The position numbers and the translations under genes were made by a program. Source: an uncultured Rivularia sp. (GTDB taxonomy: Bacteria > Cyanobacteriota > Cyanobacteriia > Cyanobacteriales > Nostocaceae). From it: a stretch of DNA of 64,000 nt. Positions 39,153-50,564 of this stretch are shown here, piece after piece. Every line of letters begins with the position of its first letter. The stretch's first letter is position 1. The stretch lies in NCBI GenBank assembly GCA_963665115.1, contig OY762007.1, positions 2,816,001 through 2,880,000 on the forward strand, read 5' to 3'. Under the pieces are notes generated by a model. It did not search any database, was not told the DNA's origin, and saw only the letters and a list, made by a program, of their open reading frames with translations.

Positions 39153-39578
39153 ATGTCAAAATTTTTATCTGCAACCTTAATAACAACAGTTCTATTACTG
39201 GGATTTAACGAAAACCCAAAACCTGCGATCGCCGGAACCTGTGCTTCCCAATGCGGCGCAAAGCCACTCCAATTTACACCGGGTAGTTACATCCGAGTAG
39301 AAGTAGTAAACAAGACACCAAATTTAATTTATATCGAGAAACCACAAGGTACCAATCCAATTGCTTTACGACCGGGACAGAAAGTACGATTAGAACAGGG
39401 AGATGGAACCGAACCAAATATATCCGTAGTTTTCTGGAATGAAAATGGATTATCGTTAAAAGCCAACCTTTCCAAACCAAACTTTGCTACCTTACAAGTC
39501 GAATTACGTCCCGAATGGCGGATTGGTGGGGATAGAGGTTTATATTTACGCGATGATGGGCGGGTACAGTTGCTTTAA
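39153..39578 (+). CDS. Secreted hypothetical protein
   Basis: Signal peptide (AIA-GTCASQC); beta-rich. Confidence 0.7.
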   Translation: MSKFLSATLITTVLLLGFNENPKPAIAGTCASQCGAKPLQFTPGSYIRVEVVNKTPNLIYIEKPQGTNPIALRPGQKVRLEQGDGTEPNISVVFWNENGLSLKANLSKPNFATLQVELRPEWRIGGDRGLYLRDDGRVQLL

Positions 39579-39998
39579 GAAAGTTAGGAGTTAAGAGTTA
39601 AGAATTTTTTGTAGTGGGAGCATCTTGCTCCCTGAAAATCAACCACTTGCTCCCTTAAAATCAACCATTTGAAAAAAGGACTAAACTCCTTACTACGAAC
39701 CTTTATTTACATCGAATTTTCTAAACCCGGTTTATTTGTAGATAGCGAAAAAAATGCGCTTCTAAATCTATGAACCGGGTTTCTTATTGCAAGAAGGTAA
39801 ATTTTGGTTTTAATTTTTAATTTGTGCGAGTAGTATATTTTAGGCTGAAACAGAAATTTCAAAGTTGATAACTTTGATAACAATGTTCTTAACCATCTTG
39901 AAAATGTTGTCATGTTTGTAGGTTAATTAAACAGGACTGTCTTTTTCATAATTCCTAACTCCCAACTCCCAATTCCTAACTCCCAACTAATTCTTCGT

Positions 39999-42089
39999 AT
40001 GCTAGACGAAATCAAACCTAAATCTCCCCGCGATCGACGTTTACCATTACAACGCTGGCAAATTTATCCTCAAAAAATTGAATTAGCGAAAAAGTTGGCA
40101 CGGGTGAATAATATGTCGCCTTTAATCAATCAGTTATTAATTAATCGCGGCTTTGATTTACCCGATACGGCAGAAATATTTTTAAATCCACAATCGTTAA
40201 GTTTACCGGAACCTTTAGATGAATTTCCAGATTTAGCACTTAGCGTAGAATTGCTGCAAAATGCCATTACTTCTCAAGAAAAAATAGCTATTTGCGGCGA
40301 TTATGATGCTGATGGGATGACTAGCACGGCTTTACTTTTACGGAGTTTACGGACTTTTGGTGCTGACGTTGATTATGCTATTCCCAGTCGGATGCATGAA
40401 GGTTATGGTATCAACAAGCGAATTATTGAAGAGTTTCATTCGGAAGGTGTAGGAATTATTCTGACTGTAGATAATGGTATCTCCGCATTTGAACCCATTG
40501 CTAGAGCCAAGGAATTAGGATTAAAAACAATTATCACAGATCATCACGATATTCCCCAAAAATTACCTCCTGCTGATGCGATTTTAAATCCTAAGTTACT
40601 ACCGGAATCTTCGGTGTATCGCGGTGTTGCTGGTGTCGGTGTTGCTTATATTTTGGCAATGTCTCTAGCAGAAAAATTGGATAGAGCCGAAGAAATATCG
40701 GATACGATGCTGGAATTATTTGCTTTAGGAACAATTGCAGATTTGGCTCCGCTAGTGGGGGTTAACCGTACCTGGGTGAAACGCGGTTTACGGTTATTAC
40801 CCAAATCTCAACTAGCAGGAATACAAGCATTGATTCAAATGGCTGGAGTGCAAGCTTTGGGAAGTCAGGCAGTAGGGAATAACTTTCTAAATCCAAAATC
40901 CAAAATCAAGAATCCAAAATCGTTGAAGCCTGACGATATTGGTTTTCGTTTGGGGCCGCGAATTAATGCTATAGGTAGAATTGGCGACCCGCAAATTATT
41001 ATAGAATTATTAACTACTGACGATGTAGGGATAGCACTCGAACGCGCAATGCAGTGTGAAGCGACTAATGCGCGTCGTCGGGAAATGTGCGAGGAAATTG
41101 AAAAACAGGCTATTGCATTAGTAGAAACCCTGGGCGTTGCTTCTTTAAAGGATGATCGAGTATTAGTTATCGTTCAACCAGACTGGCATCATGGAGTGAT
41201 TGGTATTGTTGCCTCGCGATTACTCGAACGTTACGGAGTTCCGGTGTTTATCGGTACTTATGAAGATGACAACCATATTCGCGGTTCGGCAAGAGGTATT
41301 CCCGAATTTAATATATTTGACGCTTTGCAATATTGCGACGATCTACTCGGTAAATACGGGGGACATAAAGCAGCGGGGGGATTTTCTTTACCAGCAGAAA
41401 ATCTGGAAGCAGTGCGTCAGCGTTTGAGCGAATTTGCAAATCAATGTCTCGAACTCCAGCACCTTAAACCTTTAATCAAGATTGACACTTTAGCTAATCT
41501 CAATGAAGTCAATCGAGAACTTTACCAGCAAATTAATGCTTTAGAACCCTGTGGAATTGAAAACCCAAATCCGGTTTTTTGGACTCCCAACGTCAAAGTA
41601 CTCGAACAGCAAATCGTTGGCAAAGGACATATTAAATTTGCAGTAGGTCAAATGGTTAACGGGCAACAGTATAAAATCAAAGGTATAGCTTGGCGATGGC
41701 GCGATTATTTTCCTTTACCAACTCGAATAGATATTGCCTACAAGCTTAAAGAAAACAACTTTAACGGCAACAGTTCCATCGAATTAGAAGTATTAGGCGT
41801 TAGACTGCCAACTGATTCTCACTTCTTTTTTACTTACGAAGATAAACCCGTTAGAGCCACATTTGAATACAGCAATCGTCAGTATATCTGCGGCATTTAT
41901 CAAAATGTTTCTTCAGCGGAATTAAGAATTAAAAGTCCTGAAAACAAAATTTTAGCTGTTCAGCCGAAAAATGATATCGGTTTATTAGGAATTAATCGCG
42001 AACAAGCCGAAAAGGTTGATATATCTCAACCGCCTTACTACGATATTATTCAAGCTGCTTTGAAAGCCTTGGGAGAAGTGAAGAGTTAG
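39999..42089 (+). CDS. recJ: Single-stranded DNA exonuclease RecJ
   Basis: GDYDADG, TVDNGI, TDHH, GPRINA.GR, GSARG and GGHKAAGG motifs. Confidence 0.95.
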   Translation: MLDEIKPKSPRDRRLPLQRWQIYPQKIELAKKLARVNNMSPLINQLLINRGFDLPDTAEIFLNPQSLSLPEPLDEFPDLALSVELLQNAITSQEKIAICGDYDADGMTSTALLLRSLRTFGADVDYAIPSRMHEGYGINKRIIEEFHSEGVGIILTVDNGISAFEPIARAKELGLKTIITDHHDIPQKLPPADAILNPKLLPESSVYRGVAGVGVAYILAMSLAEKLDRAEEISDTMLELFALGTIADLAPLVGVNRTWVKRGLRLLPKSQLAGIQALIQMAGVQALGSQAVGNNFLNPKSKIKNPKSLKPDDIGFRLGPRINAIGRIGDPQIIIELLTTDDVGIALERAMQCEATNARRREMCEEIEKQAIALVETLGVASLKDDRVLVIVQPDWHHGVIGIVASRLLERYGVPVFIGTYEDDNHIRGSARGIPEFNIFDALQYCDDLLGKYGGHKAAGGFSLPAENLEAVRQRLSEFANQCLELQHLKPLIKIDTLANLNEVNRELYQQINALEPCGIENPNPVFWTPNVKVLEQQIVGKGHIKFAVGQMVNGQQYKIKGIAWRWRDYFPLPTRIDIAYKLKENNFNGNSSIELEVLGVRLPTDSHFFFTYEDKPVRATFEYSNRQYICGIYQNVSSAELRIKSPENKILAVQPKNDIGLLGINREQAEKVDISQPPYYDIIQAALKALGEVKS

Positions 42090-42181
42090 GAGTTGAGAGT
42101 GAAGAGTTAAGAATTTTTAACCTTTAACCTTTAACCTTTGACAGGAGTCACGAGACAAACTCATAACTCCATCAAAAAGCA

Positions 42182-42301
42182 CTACATATCGCCGCCGCGA
42201 AATGCTAATACAAAAATTACCGCAGGTCCAGCTAACATGATTAGCGCTACAGAGCCGAGTTGAAAAATAACTTCCCAATTGATATTGGCTAAAGCTTCCA
42301 T
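42182..42301 (-). CDS. psb30: Photosystem II reaction centre protein Psb30 (Ycf12), missed by the ORF track
   Basis: Manual translation [47 protein letters not shown] upstream. Confidence 0.93.
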   Translation of the reverse strand: MEALANINWEVIFQLGSVALIMLAGPAVIFVLAFRGGDM

Positions 42302-42593
42302 ACTATCCTCCCAGTTCCCTTAAAAAAATTGAATAAAAAGAATAATCTTTCCTAGATATAGATCGTATCCGAAAATCAGCGCCAAATTTTAATTTACTTA
42401 ACAAAATTAAAGAAAAAGATATAAAAATGAAACAAAGCAAATTGATTTTAAGATGAATGAGTAGTTTGTAATACCATTTCCCTAGGCGATCGCTATCGAT
42501 GGCAATTGATGGTTGTACTAAGACTTAACTCTTCTAACACCACACTCCTGAAAATAGTTTGTGACCTTTATTACATAAACAGAAAACGAAACA

Positions 42594-42944
42594 ATGGCAA
42601 CTTGGCAATGTGTAAAGCGATGTGGAGCCTGCTGTTACCTTGAGCCAGCAGAACGTCCCGAGATAGAAGAATACTTAACTCCGGAAGAATTAGAAAAATA
42701 TCTCAGCATGGTGGGGGATGACGGGTGGTGCATAAATTACGACCATGAGAAAAGAGAATGCAGTATTTATGCTGAGCGTCCACGCTTTTGTCGTGTAGAG
42801 CCAGAAGTATTTAAAGACTTATTTGATATAGAACCCGAAGAATTAAACGACTTTGCCATCGAATGCTGTCACCAACAGATAGAATCAGTGTATGGCGATC
42901 GCAGTTTTGAAATGATGCGATTTGATAAAGCTATTGGGATATAG
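42594..42944 (+). CDS. YkgJ-family cysteine cluster protein
   Basis: C..CGACC, C..YD...R.CSIY..RP.FCR motifs. Confidence 0.88.
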   Translation: MATWQCVKRCGACCYLEPAERPEIEEYLTPEELEKYLSMVGDDGWCINYDHEKRECSIYAERPRFCRVEPEVFKDLFDIEPEELNDFAIECCHQQIESVYGDRSFEMMRFDKAIGI

Positions 42945-43330
42945 ATGGGATTGGGCATGGGGGATTGGGCATGGGGGATTGGGCATGGGGGATTGGTAAT
43001 TGGTAATTGGTAATTGGTAATTGGTAAACAATAAGCGAGCAAGATGCATGTCCTTGCGGACACGCTCCGTTAACGCACTACACTTAACTAATTTATTTTC
43101 CCCCTTGTCCCCTTGTCCCCTTGTCTCCCCATGCCCTATACCCTATGCCCTATGCCCAATCCCCAATTCTAGAAACGGACGGCAACTACACCCAATACCT
43201 TACGGCTCTCCCCACTGCCGATGCGTGTGAAATAAAGATACATTAACAGATAAGAAAAGTAGACAAATGTTCAGAAAAAAGTGAATTTGATTTCACTGCT
43301 AACCGTTCAGCGAGGGAGCAAGAACCCATT

Positions 43331-45784
43331 ATGTTTGAACACTTTACTTCCGAAGCAATTAAAGTAGTTATGCTAGCCCAGGAGGAGGCACGTCGCCTGG
43401 GGCACAATTTTGTAGGCACGGAACAAATTCTCTTGGGATTGCTGGGAGAAGACACGGGTGTTGCTGCTAAAGTGCTGACGGATATGGGTGTGACTCTTAG
43501 AGATGCACGCCGCGAAGTCGAAAAAATTATTGGTAGAGGCTCTGGTTTTGTTCCACCAGAAATTCCTTTTACTCCTAAAGTTAAAACTCTATTTGAGCAG
43601 TCTTTTAAGGAAGCTCGCTCTCTTGGACATAATTATATTGGTACCGAACACCTGCTTCTCGGTTTAACTGAAGCTGGTGAAGGTGTTGCTGCTAAAGTAT
43701 TACAAAATTTAGATGTTGATTTGAAGCAGCTTCGTACTGCCGTTATCCGCCGCTTGGGTGAAGTCGCATCTGTTGGGGCTGGCGTTGGCGGTGGTAGCAC
43801 TAGACGCAACCAAATGGCAACTTTAGAAGAATTTGGTAGAAATCTTACTAAATTAGCAGCAGAGGGTAAATTAGACCCCGTAGTTGGTCGCGAAAAGGAA
43901 ATTGAGCGTACTGTTCAAGTTCTGGGACGACGCACCAAAAATAACCCCGTTTTAATTGGCGAACCTGGAGTTGGTAAAACTGCGATCGCCGAAGGTTTAG
44001 CCCAGCGAATTTTTAACAATGATGTGCCCGATGTCTTGCAGGAAAAGCAAGTTATCAGCCTTGATATGGGCTTAGTGGTAGCTGGTACTCGCTTCCGTGG
44101 TGATTTTGAAGAACGTCTGAAGAAAATCATGGAAGAAATCCGCTCTGCGGGTAATATCGTCCTTGTGATCGATGAAATTCATACTTTAGTTGGTGCAGGT
44201 GGTATGGAAGGCGGTATGGATGCTGCCAACATTCTTAAGCCAGCATTAGCTAGAGGAGAACTCCAATGTATTGGAGCCACCACTCTTGATGAGTACCGCA
44301 AGCACATCGAGCGCGATGCAGCTTTAGAACGTCGTTTCCAGCCAATTAAGATTGGCGAACCTTCAGTAGATGAAACGATTGAGATTTTACAGGGCTTGCG
44401 CGGTGCTTACGAGCAGCATCACAATTTAACAATATCTGACGAAGCATTGGTTGCAGCAGCTGAACTTTCCGATAGATATATCCAAGACCGCTTTTTGCCG
44501 GATAAAGCTATCGATTTGATTGATGAAGCCGGTTCTCGCGTGCGTTTGCGTCATTCAATGGCTTCCACTGACCGAGATTTGAAGCGTCAAATTACTGCGA
44601 TCGCTAAAAATAAAAACGAAGCGGTTAAGTTACAGGATTTTGACAAAGCTTCCGAACTTCGCGATCAAGAAATGGAGTTGGAAGTACAGCTTAAGGATGC
44701 TGAATCTGGCGAAACAATGATTAGAGCAGTAGTTGATGAAGAAGATATTGCTCATATCGTAGCTTCTTGGACTGGCGTACCCGTTAACAAGCTTACAGAA
44801 TCTGAATCTGAAGTGTTGCTGCATTTAGAAGATACCCTTCACCAAAGGCTTATCGGACAAGAGCAAGCAGTTACCGCAGTATCTAAGGCAATTCGCCGCG
44901 CTCGCGTTGGTTTGAAAAATCCAGATCGTCCAATTGCTAGCTTTATTTTCTCAGGTCCTACGGGAGTTGGTAAAACAGAATTAGCAAAATCCTTGGCTTC
45001 CTACTTCTTCGGTTCCGAAGAAAACATGATTCGCTTGGATATGTCGGAATACATGGAACGTCATACCGTCAGCAAACTAATCGGTTCACCTCCTGGCTTT
45101 GTCGGATACGACGAAGGCGGACAACTAACCGAAGCAGTGCGCCGCAAGCCTTACACCGTATTGCTGTTCGACGAAATCGAAAAAGCGCATCCCGACATAT
45201 TCAATATGTTGCTGCAAATGTTGGATGAAGGTCATCTTACCGATGCTAAAGGTAGAAAAGTAGACTTCAAGAATACTTTGATTATCTTGACTTCCAATAT
45301 TGGTTCGCGAGTAATTGAAAAAGGTGGTGGTGGTTTAGGCTTCAACGTAGAAGAAGAAGCAGAAGCTAACTACAACCGCATCAAAACCTTGGTTAATGAA
45401 GAACTCAAAAATTACTTCCGTCCCGAGTTTCTCAACCGTCTTGATGAAGTCATCGTCTTCACACAGCTTCAGAAAGATGAAATCAAGGAAATCGCCGAAA
45501 TCTTGCTCAAAGAACTTAGTAACCGTTTAGTTGAAAAGGAAATCTACTTACAAATCAGCGAAAGCTTCAAAGATTTGGTAGTGCAAGAAGGATACAATCC
45601 TAGCTACGGTGCTAGACCTTTACGTAGAGCAATAATGAACCTCTTAGAAGATTCATTAGCAGAAGCAATGCTTTCAGGTCAAATTGGACAAGGCGATACA
45701 GCAGTTATAGACGTTGACGACGACGGAAAAGTCAAAGTTATTAAAGCGGAGAAATCCGAACTAGAGTTTGCCAATGTCAGCTAA
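43331..45784 (+). CDS. clpC: ATP-dependent Clp protease ATP-binding subunit (ClpC type)
   Basis: Two Clp-N repeats, GEPGVGKT and GPTGVGKT Walker A motifs, UVR-like middle region, LGF ClpP-docking loop. Confidence 0.93.
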   Translation: MFEHFTSEAIKVVMLAQEEARRLGHNFVGTEQILLGLLGEDTGVAAKVLTDMGVTLRDARREVEKIIGRGSGFVPPEIPFTPKVKTLFEQSFKEARSLGHNYIGTEHLLLGLTEAGEGVAAKVLQNLDVDLKQLRTAVIRRLGEVASVGAGVGGGSTRRNQMATLEEFGRNLTKLAAEGKLDPVVGREKEIERTVQVLGRRTKNNPVLIGEPGVGKTAIAEGLAQRIFNNDVPDVLQEKQVISLDMGLVVAGTRFRGDFEERLKKIMEEIRSAGNIVLVIDEIHTLVGAGGMEGGMDAANILKPALARGELQCIGATTLDEYRKHIERDAALERRFQPIKIGEPSVDETIEILQGLRGAYEQHHNLTISDEALVAAAELSDRYIQDRFLPDKAIDLIDEAGSRVRLRHSMASTDRDLKRQITAIAKNKNEAVKLQDFDKASELRDQEMELEVQLKDAESGETMIRAVVDEEDIAHIVASWTGVPVNKLTESESEVLLHLEDTLHQRLIGQEQAVTAVSKAIRRARVGLKNPDRPIASFIFSGPTGVGKTELAKSLASYFFGSEENMIRLDMSEYMERHTVSKLIGSPPGFVGYDEGGQLTEAVRRKPYTVLLFDEIEKAHPDIFNMLLQMLDEGHLTDAKGRKVDFKNTLIILTSNIGSRVIEKGGGGLGFNVEEEAEANYNRIKTLVNEELKNYFRPEFLNRLDEVIVFTQLQKDEIKEIAEILLKELSNRLVEKEIYLQISESFKDLVVQEGYNPSYGARPLRRAIMNLLEDSLAEAMLSGQIGQGDTAVIDVDDDGKVKVIKAEKSELEFANVS

Positions 45785-45972
45785 AAGTTATACCAAAAAG
45801 TATTTTGGTGGTAACATACTGATACGACCCCCTTGTCAAAATAGAAACTTCTATATTTCCAGAGAACGGGTTTTCAGCCCGTTCTGGAAAATAAAAAGTA
45901 AAAATGAAACAATGGGAAACGTAGAGAATATACTCAAGCAAACGTTGTATGAAATGGTAATAACTCTTTTAA

Positions 45973-46000
45973 CCCCCGGTAGCGATACTGGGGGATTTTT
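45973..46000 (+). terminator. Intrinsic terminator downstream of clpC
   Basis: CCCCCGGTA-GCGA-TACTGGGGG followed by ATTTTT. Confidence 0.65.
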
Positions 46001-46136
46001 ATGTGGTAATTAAAAACTGGTTCGTAGTAGCGCTTAAGCGCCTCTCCGTATTTAATGCTGTGAAGTTAAAATTTCGTTATAAGAATTAGTTTGAATTTCT
46101 ATCTTTATATACATTGATTATTACTGAGGTATACAG

Positions 46137-46664
46137 ATGATAATAAGTGTTGAAGAGTTGTTGCAGCGTTATGAGAAGGGAGAGAGAGATTTTGCTGGGG
46201 CTGAACTTTGGCGAGTCAAGTTAGAAGACGCTGAATTGCCGGGAATTAATTTGAGCAAAGCTAATTTGCATGGGGCTAATTTGAATAGAGCTAATTTGAG
46301 TGGGGCTAATCTTAGTGGAGCCAATTTGGATTGCGCTCAACTCGAAGAGGCTGATTTAACCGGGGCTAATTTGAGTAAAGCTTATATCTCTGAAGCTATT
46401 CTTACTTGGGCTAATCTAACTAAAGCTGATTTAAGTAGAGCTAGTTTGGCTGAATCTAGCCTGTACGAAGCTAACCTCACCAATGCAAAAATGACTGGAG
46501 CAAGCTTGGGTTCCCCTTGTTTGACTGGAGCTAATTTGACTAACGTTGACTTAAGCAGTACTTGGATTGATTTGCCCAATGGAATAGAGAATCCCAGAGT
46601 TGCTGGAGCTATATTTTGTAACACCACTATGCCTGATGGAACTAAGATAAGAAGTTTTTTCTAG
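46137..46664 (+). CDS. Pentapeptide repeat protein
   Basis: ELLQRYEKGERDF, A(N/D)L(S/T)x repeats, TTMPDG tail. Confidence 0.93.
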   Translation: MIISVEELLQRYEKGERDFAGAELWRVKLEDAELPGINLSKANLHGANLNRANLSGANLSGANLDCAQLEEADLTGANLSKAYISEAILTWANLTKADLSRASLAESSLYEANLTNAKMTGASLGSPCLTGANLTNVDLSSTWIDLPNGIENPRVAGAIFCNTTMPDGTKIRSFF

Positions 46665-46932
46665 GTTAATAGTTAGTAGGTTGAGTTTTTCAATGCGTGT
46701 AACCCAAAATCAGCTATGTGAAAAACAAACAAGTTTGAAATTACAAAAATATCCGGTGGGGAAATAAAAAAATATTCTCCGATCAATTTTTATATATTGA
46801 TATATTTCTCGTAAATCATCACAAAAAATGTTGGGTTACGGCGCAAGCGGAAATTAATTATTTTCTGACAAATATTTTCGTGCGCCTAACCCAACCTACT
46901 AAAAATCGAGCGAATTAAAAATTATCCAAGAT

Positions 46933-47002
46933 ATTTGAAATATTGAGCGTCATTTGAAATATCGAGCGTCATTGGAAATATCTAGCGTGATTTGAAATAT
47001 CG
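46933..47002. repeat. 19-bp tandem repeat, about 3.7 copies (ATTTGAAATATCGAGCGTC)
   Basis: Units at 46933, 46952, 46971 and a partial unit at 46990. Confidence 0.85.
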
Positions 47003-47148
47003 CCACAAGTTTCCCGCCTTAAAAAAGGGGGGCTTGCGTAAGTCATGACAATTGAGACTTTTAGCATCACGCACCAGCTGCGATTTATCAAAAAAATGAT
47101 TGTTTATCGTCATAAATTAGAAACAGTTAACCATTATCAATATCAACC

Positions 47149-48003
47149 GTGTCTAAGGATGAACCTCCCGTACACCTACACTTATTAGAAAGCTTTGATG
47201 CTGGGTGGGATGGCTTGAATCTCATCTACGAAATTGAACCACGCAACGAAATGCCTGGAATTGACTTTGGTGAGCATTTTATCATTATTGCTCGCGGTAA
47301 TTTTCGTGCTAGCTATATGCTAAACGGAAGCTGGCATGAGGTGGATTATACAAAGGGCGACATTGCAATTATTCCCGCAAATCAAGGTTTTCCCAAGACG
47401 CAAATCGACCGAGAAGTTCCTTTGCTTGAATTATTTATCGATCCTGCCTTTATTACACGTATTGCCTGTGAATCCGTGAATACAGACAATATTGAGTTAG
47501 TACCGCAATGGCATATACGCGACCCTTTAATTGAAAATATTGGGTTGGCATTAGTAACAGAATTAGAATTAAACGGCACAGAAAGTAAATTTTATGCTGA
47601 ATCAATGGCTACAGCGCTTTCAATGCATTTACTCAGTAGATATTCATCGCATCAACCAGAAATAAAAAACTATACTGATGGATTGCCGAATTATAAATTA
47701 AAAGAAGTTATCGACTATATTCAAGAAAACATCAGCAAAAAACTAACTCAAGCAGAATTAAGTAGATTGCTTCATATGAGTCCCCATTATTTCGCCACTT
47801 TATTCAAGCAATCGATGGGAATGACACCGTATCAATATGTAATGAAATGTCGAATTGAAAAAGCAAAACAGTTATTGTTAAAGCCAGATTTTACAATAGT
47901 AGAAATTAGTGGGGAAGTTGGTTTTCAAAATCAAAGCCACTTTACCAGAGTTTTTCGGCAATATACTAAAACAACTCCGAAGGTGTTTCGGGATAGGGTT
48001 TAA
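47149..48003 (+). CDS. AraC-family transcriptional regulator
   Basis: C-terminal double HTH (SPHYF..LFKQSMG.TPYQY...RIEKAK.LL; VGFQNQSHFTRVF). Confidence 0.93.
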   Translation: MSKDEPPVHLHLLESFDAGWDGLNLIYEIEPRNEMPGIDFGEHFIIIARGNFRASYMLNGSWHEVDYTKGDIAIIPANQGFPKTQIDREVPLLELFIDPAFITRIACESVNTDNIELVPQWHIRDPLIENIGLALVTELELNGTESKFYAESMATALSMHLLSRYSSHQPEIKNYTDGLPNYKLKEVIDYIQENISKKLTQAELSRLLHMSPHYFATLFKQSMGMTPYQYVMKCRIEKAKQLLLKPDFTIVEISGEVGFQNQSHFTRVFRQYTKTTPKVFRDRV

Positions 48004-48011
48004 GGGGAGAT

Positions 48012-48118
48012 GGTGAGACTACTCGCGGAGGTAGGTTCCCGCAGTACGAGCGAAGTAGCGTTAGCGTTCACGCGGAGCGTGCGGCTCAGCGTCTCCCGCC
48101 AGGGAGATACCCGAAGGG
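48012..48118. repeat. GC-rich cluster of nested short palindromic repeats
   Basis: Small hairpins (e.g. TCTCCC-GCCA-GGGAGA, CACGC-GGA-GCGTG) inside GGGAGAT heptamers. Confidence 0.55.
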
Positions 48119-48449
48119 GGAGATGGGGAAAAAATCAAATCATTTGTAGTGGGAGCATCTTGCTCCCTTGTTGTTTAATAATTACCAATCCCCAATTCCC
48201 AATTCCCAATTCCGTTTGCACCAGGATTATAAAAAAACCGCAAAGACGCTGAGTACGCTGAGGAAGAAGTAAAGAGAGAAAATTTAAATAATTCTCATAC
48301 AAATGGAAAAGATATTACCAATCCCCAATGCCCAATCCCCAATTTTCAAGAAGATTAGAATAAATTTCGGAAATTTAGACAAGACGCTGACAAGGATGAT
48401 TTTTTAAGCTGAGTACGTATCAATATTTGTTGAATATAAACTGAGCATT

Positions 48450-48620
48450 ATGGATACTAAATTCCCGTTGCAAGAATGGCAGATTGTGGGTTTTTCGGCT
48501 TTGTTGGTGGGGACAATATGTGCTTTTGTAGCTTTGATTCACGGTGTTGATGAAGCTGGGATGCGAATAGCAATGATGTTGAGATTTGCTGCGGGGAGAA
48601 GAAAGGAAAAATTAGTTTAA
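48450..48620 (+). pseudogene. Truncated membrane-protein gene (56 aa), not in the ORF track
   Basis: MDTKFPLQEWQIVGFSALLVGTICAFVALIHGVDEAGMRIAM...; one TM; resembles my recollection of the N-terminus of longer cyanobacterial membrane proteins found next to AraC genes. Confidence 0.4.
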
Positions 48621-48629
48621 ATAATTAAC

Positions 48630-49139
48630 ATGAATCAAAATCTAATTCCCATATCAACGCTATTTATCGGAATCAACGGTTTTATTGCCTTTGCACTTTC
48701 TTATGTTGTGGCAATGGAACGCACAAAAACCAGGGTTTGGCATGGTGAATCAAATGCTGATATTACCGTACAACCCGATTATTTAGAAAAACCGAATGCA
48801 TGGGCGGCTTTTTTCGATAATTTGACTCAAAAGCTGGTTGAAACTAAAGCCGAAGATGATGGTATTTTACAGCGTAAAGTCCGCGCTCATAGCAATTTTA
48901 CAGAATACGTGCCGTTAGCATTACTGTTAATTATTGCTTTGGAATTAATCAATGCAGCTTATTTTTTAATCTGGTTTTTAGGAAGCTGTTTAACTGTAGC
49001 TCGAATCGCTCATGCATGGGGTTTAATTAAAACATATGGCCCTTCTCCCGGTAGAGCTTTTGGTTTTTTCTTAACATGGTTTGTGTATTTAATAGGTTCC
49101 GGTGCTTGTATTTTTTATGCCGTAAAGGGTTTGATTTAA
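48630..49139 (+). CDS. MAPEG family membrane protein
   Basis: VRAHSNFTEYVP and ARIAHAWG motifs. Confidence 0.88.
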   Translation: MNQNLIPISTLFIGINGFIAFALSYVVAMERTKTRVWHGESNADITVQPDYLEKPNAWAAFFDNLTQKLVETKAEDDGILQRKVRAHSNFTEYVPLALLLIIALELINAAYFLIWFLGSCLTVARIAHAWGLIKTYGPSPGRAFGFFLTWFVYLIGSGACIFYAVKGLI

Positions 49140-49161
49140 AGTTTAATAAAAGTCGCAGGAA

Positions 49162-50001
49162 CTAAGCAACACCATATTTTTTAAACCAATATTGCAACCA
49201 CAACCAACCATTTTCTGCTGCTTCTTTGTTGTAGCTAGGGCGATAATCGGCATGGAATCCGTGGGGTGCATTGGGATAAACTATTATCTTTGTTGCTGTT
49301 TTGGCTTGTTTTAAAGCTTCTCGCATTTTCTCAACATCGCTGACGGGAATATTTTTGTCCTCACCACCGTAAAGCCCAAGTACTGGTGCTTTAAGTAATG
49401 GTCCGATATTAATGGGATATTGCGGCTGCAACGGATTACTATCCCCTGTCAATCTTCCATACCAAGCAACACCTGCTTTAAGTTGCGGGCTATGTGCTGC
49501 ATATAACCAAACGATTCTACCACCCCAACAAAAACCCGTAATACCGAGTTTATCTACATCAGCTTTACCGGAATTACCTGCCCAAACTACCGTTGCATCT
49601 AAATCTGAAAGTACTTGTGTATCGGGAACTTTGGAAACAACTTTGCTGATGATTTCTTGAATATTATTTAGCTTTGAAACATCGCCATAACGCGCAAATA
49701 ATTGAGGTGCGATCGCCATATATCCTAATTGAGCAAAACGGCGACAAACATCTTGAATATATTCATGCACGCCGAATATTTCCTGCACTACCAACACTAC
49801 TGGAAAGTTAGTACCTCTCGCTGGCATGGCATGATAAGCGGGGATTACTCCATCTGCAACGGGAATTTTCACTTCACCCGCAACTAATCCCGAAGTTTCC
49901 GTTTTAATAACTTGAGCATAAATCGGCTGTACCGCCATTGCAAATCCTGCCGTCAGACTGGCAATAAGTAATTCCCGTCTGCCGAAGTTGTTTTGTGTCA
50001 C
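49162..50001 (-). CDS. Dienelactone hydrolase family protein with Tat-like signal
   Basis: GRRELL N-terminus; QEIFGV, GFCWGG and HGF motifs. Confidence 0.92.
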   Translation of the reverse strand: MTQNNFGRRELLIASLTAGFAMAVQPIYAQVIKTETSGLVAGEVKIPVADGVIPAYHAMPARGTNFPVVLVVQEIFGVHEYIQDVCRRFAQLGYMAIAPQLFARYGDVSKLNNIQEIISKVVSKVPDTQVLSDLDATVVWAGNSGKADVDKLGITGFCWGGRIVWLYAAHSPQLKAGVAWYGRLTGDSNPLQPQYPINIGPLLKAPVLGLYGGEDKNIPVSDVEKMREALKQAKTATKIIVYPNAPHGFHADYRPSYNKEAAENGWLWLQYWFKKYGVA

Positions 50002-50059
50002 TTTTATAAGTAAGTATATGGTTATTAAAAAGAATGTATCATGTAAATAAAAAAATGTG

Positions 50060-50551
50060 CTAAAAATTGAAATACTCTTTTCTTAACATCGACATCAGAA
50101 TTAAAGATTCCCATTTTTCTGAAGTTTTTAGACATTCGCGCAAGCAACCTTCTATAATAAATCCTTCTGATTCATAGAGTTTTTTAGCACGGAGGTTATG
50201 TTCTTTTACATCTAGCCATAAACGATGTGCCGATAATTCTTCAAATGACAGCTTTTTTATTAATTGCAAAGTTTCTCTACCATATCCTTTACCTTTATCT
50301 GTAATTACAATTCTCTTCAATTCGATACTTTGATTGGTGTTAGACAAACCTGCGACTATAGCATACCCAACTAAACTATTATTTGTAATTTTTTCAATGA
50401 TAAAGTGTGCGATATCGTTGTTTGATAAAGCATCATGGTGCTGTTGTTTTGTCCATTGAGTCACAAAAGCATTATTTTCTTGATTTTGTTCTACTTGTAA
50501 TACAAAGTTGAGATGGTTTTCAACAGTAGGTATTAAACGAACATTATTCAT
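50060..50551 (-). CDS. GNAT N-acetyltransferase
   Basis: KGKGYG, RLWLDV..HN.RA..LYESEGF motifs. Confidence 0.88.
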   Translation of the reverse strand: MNNVRLIPTVENHLNFVLQVEQNQENNAFVTQWTKQQHHDALSNNDIAHFIIEKITNNSLVGYAIVAGLSNTNQSIELKRIVITDKGKGYGRETLQLIKKLSFEELSAHRLWLDVKEHNLRAKKLYESEGFIIEGCLRECLKTSEKWESLILMSMLRKEYFNF

Positions 50552-50564
50552 AAAGCAATAACTT

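Noticed and set aside
46933..47002. 19-bp repeats as CRISPR
   Set aside because: Head-to-tail units without spacers
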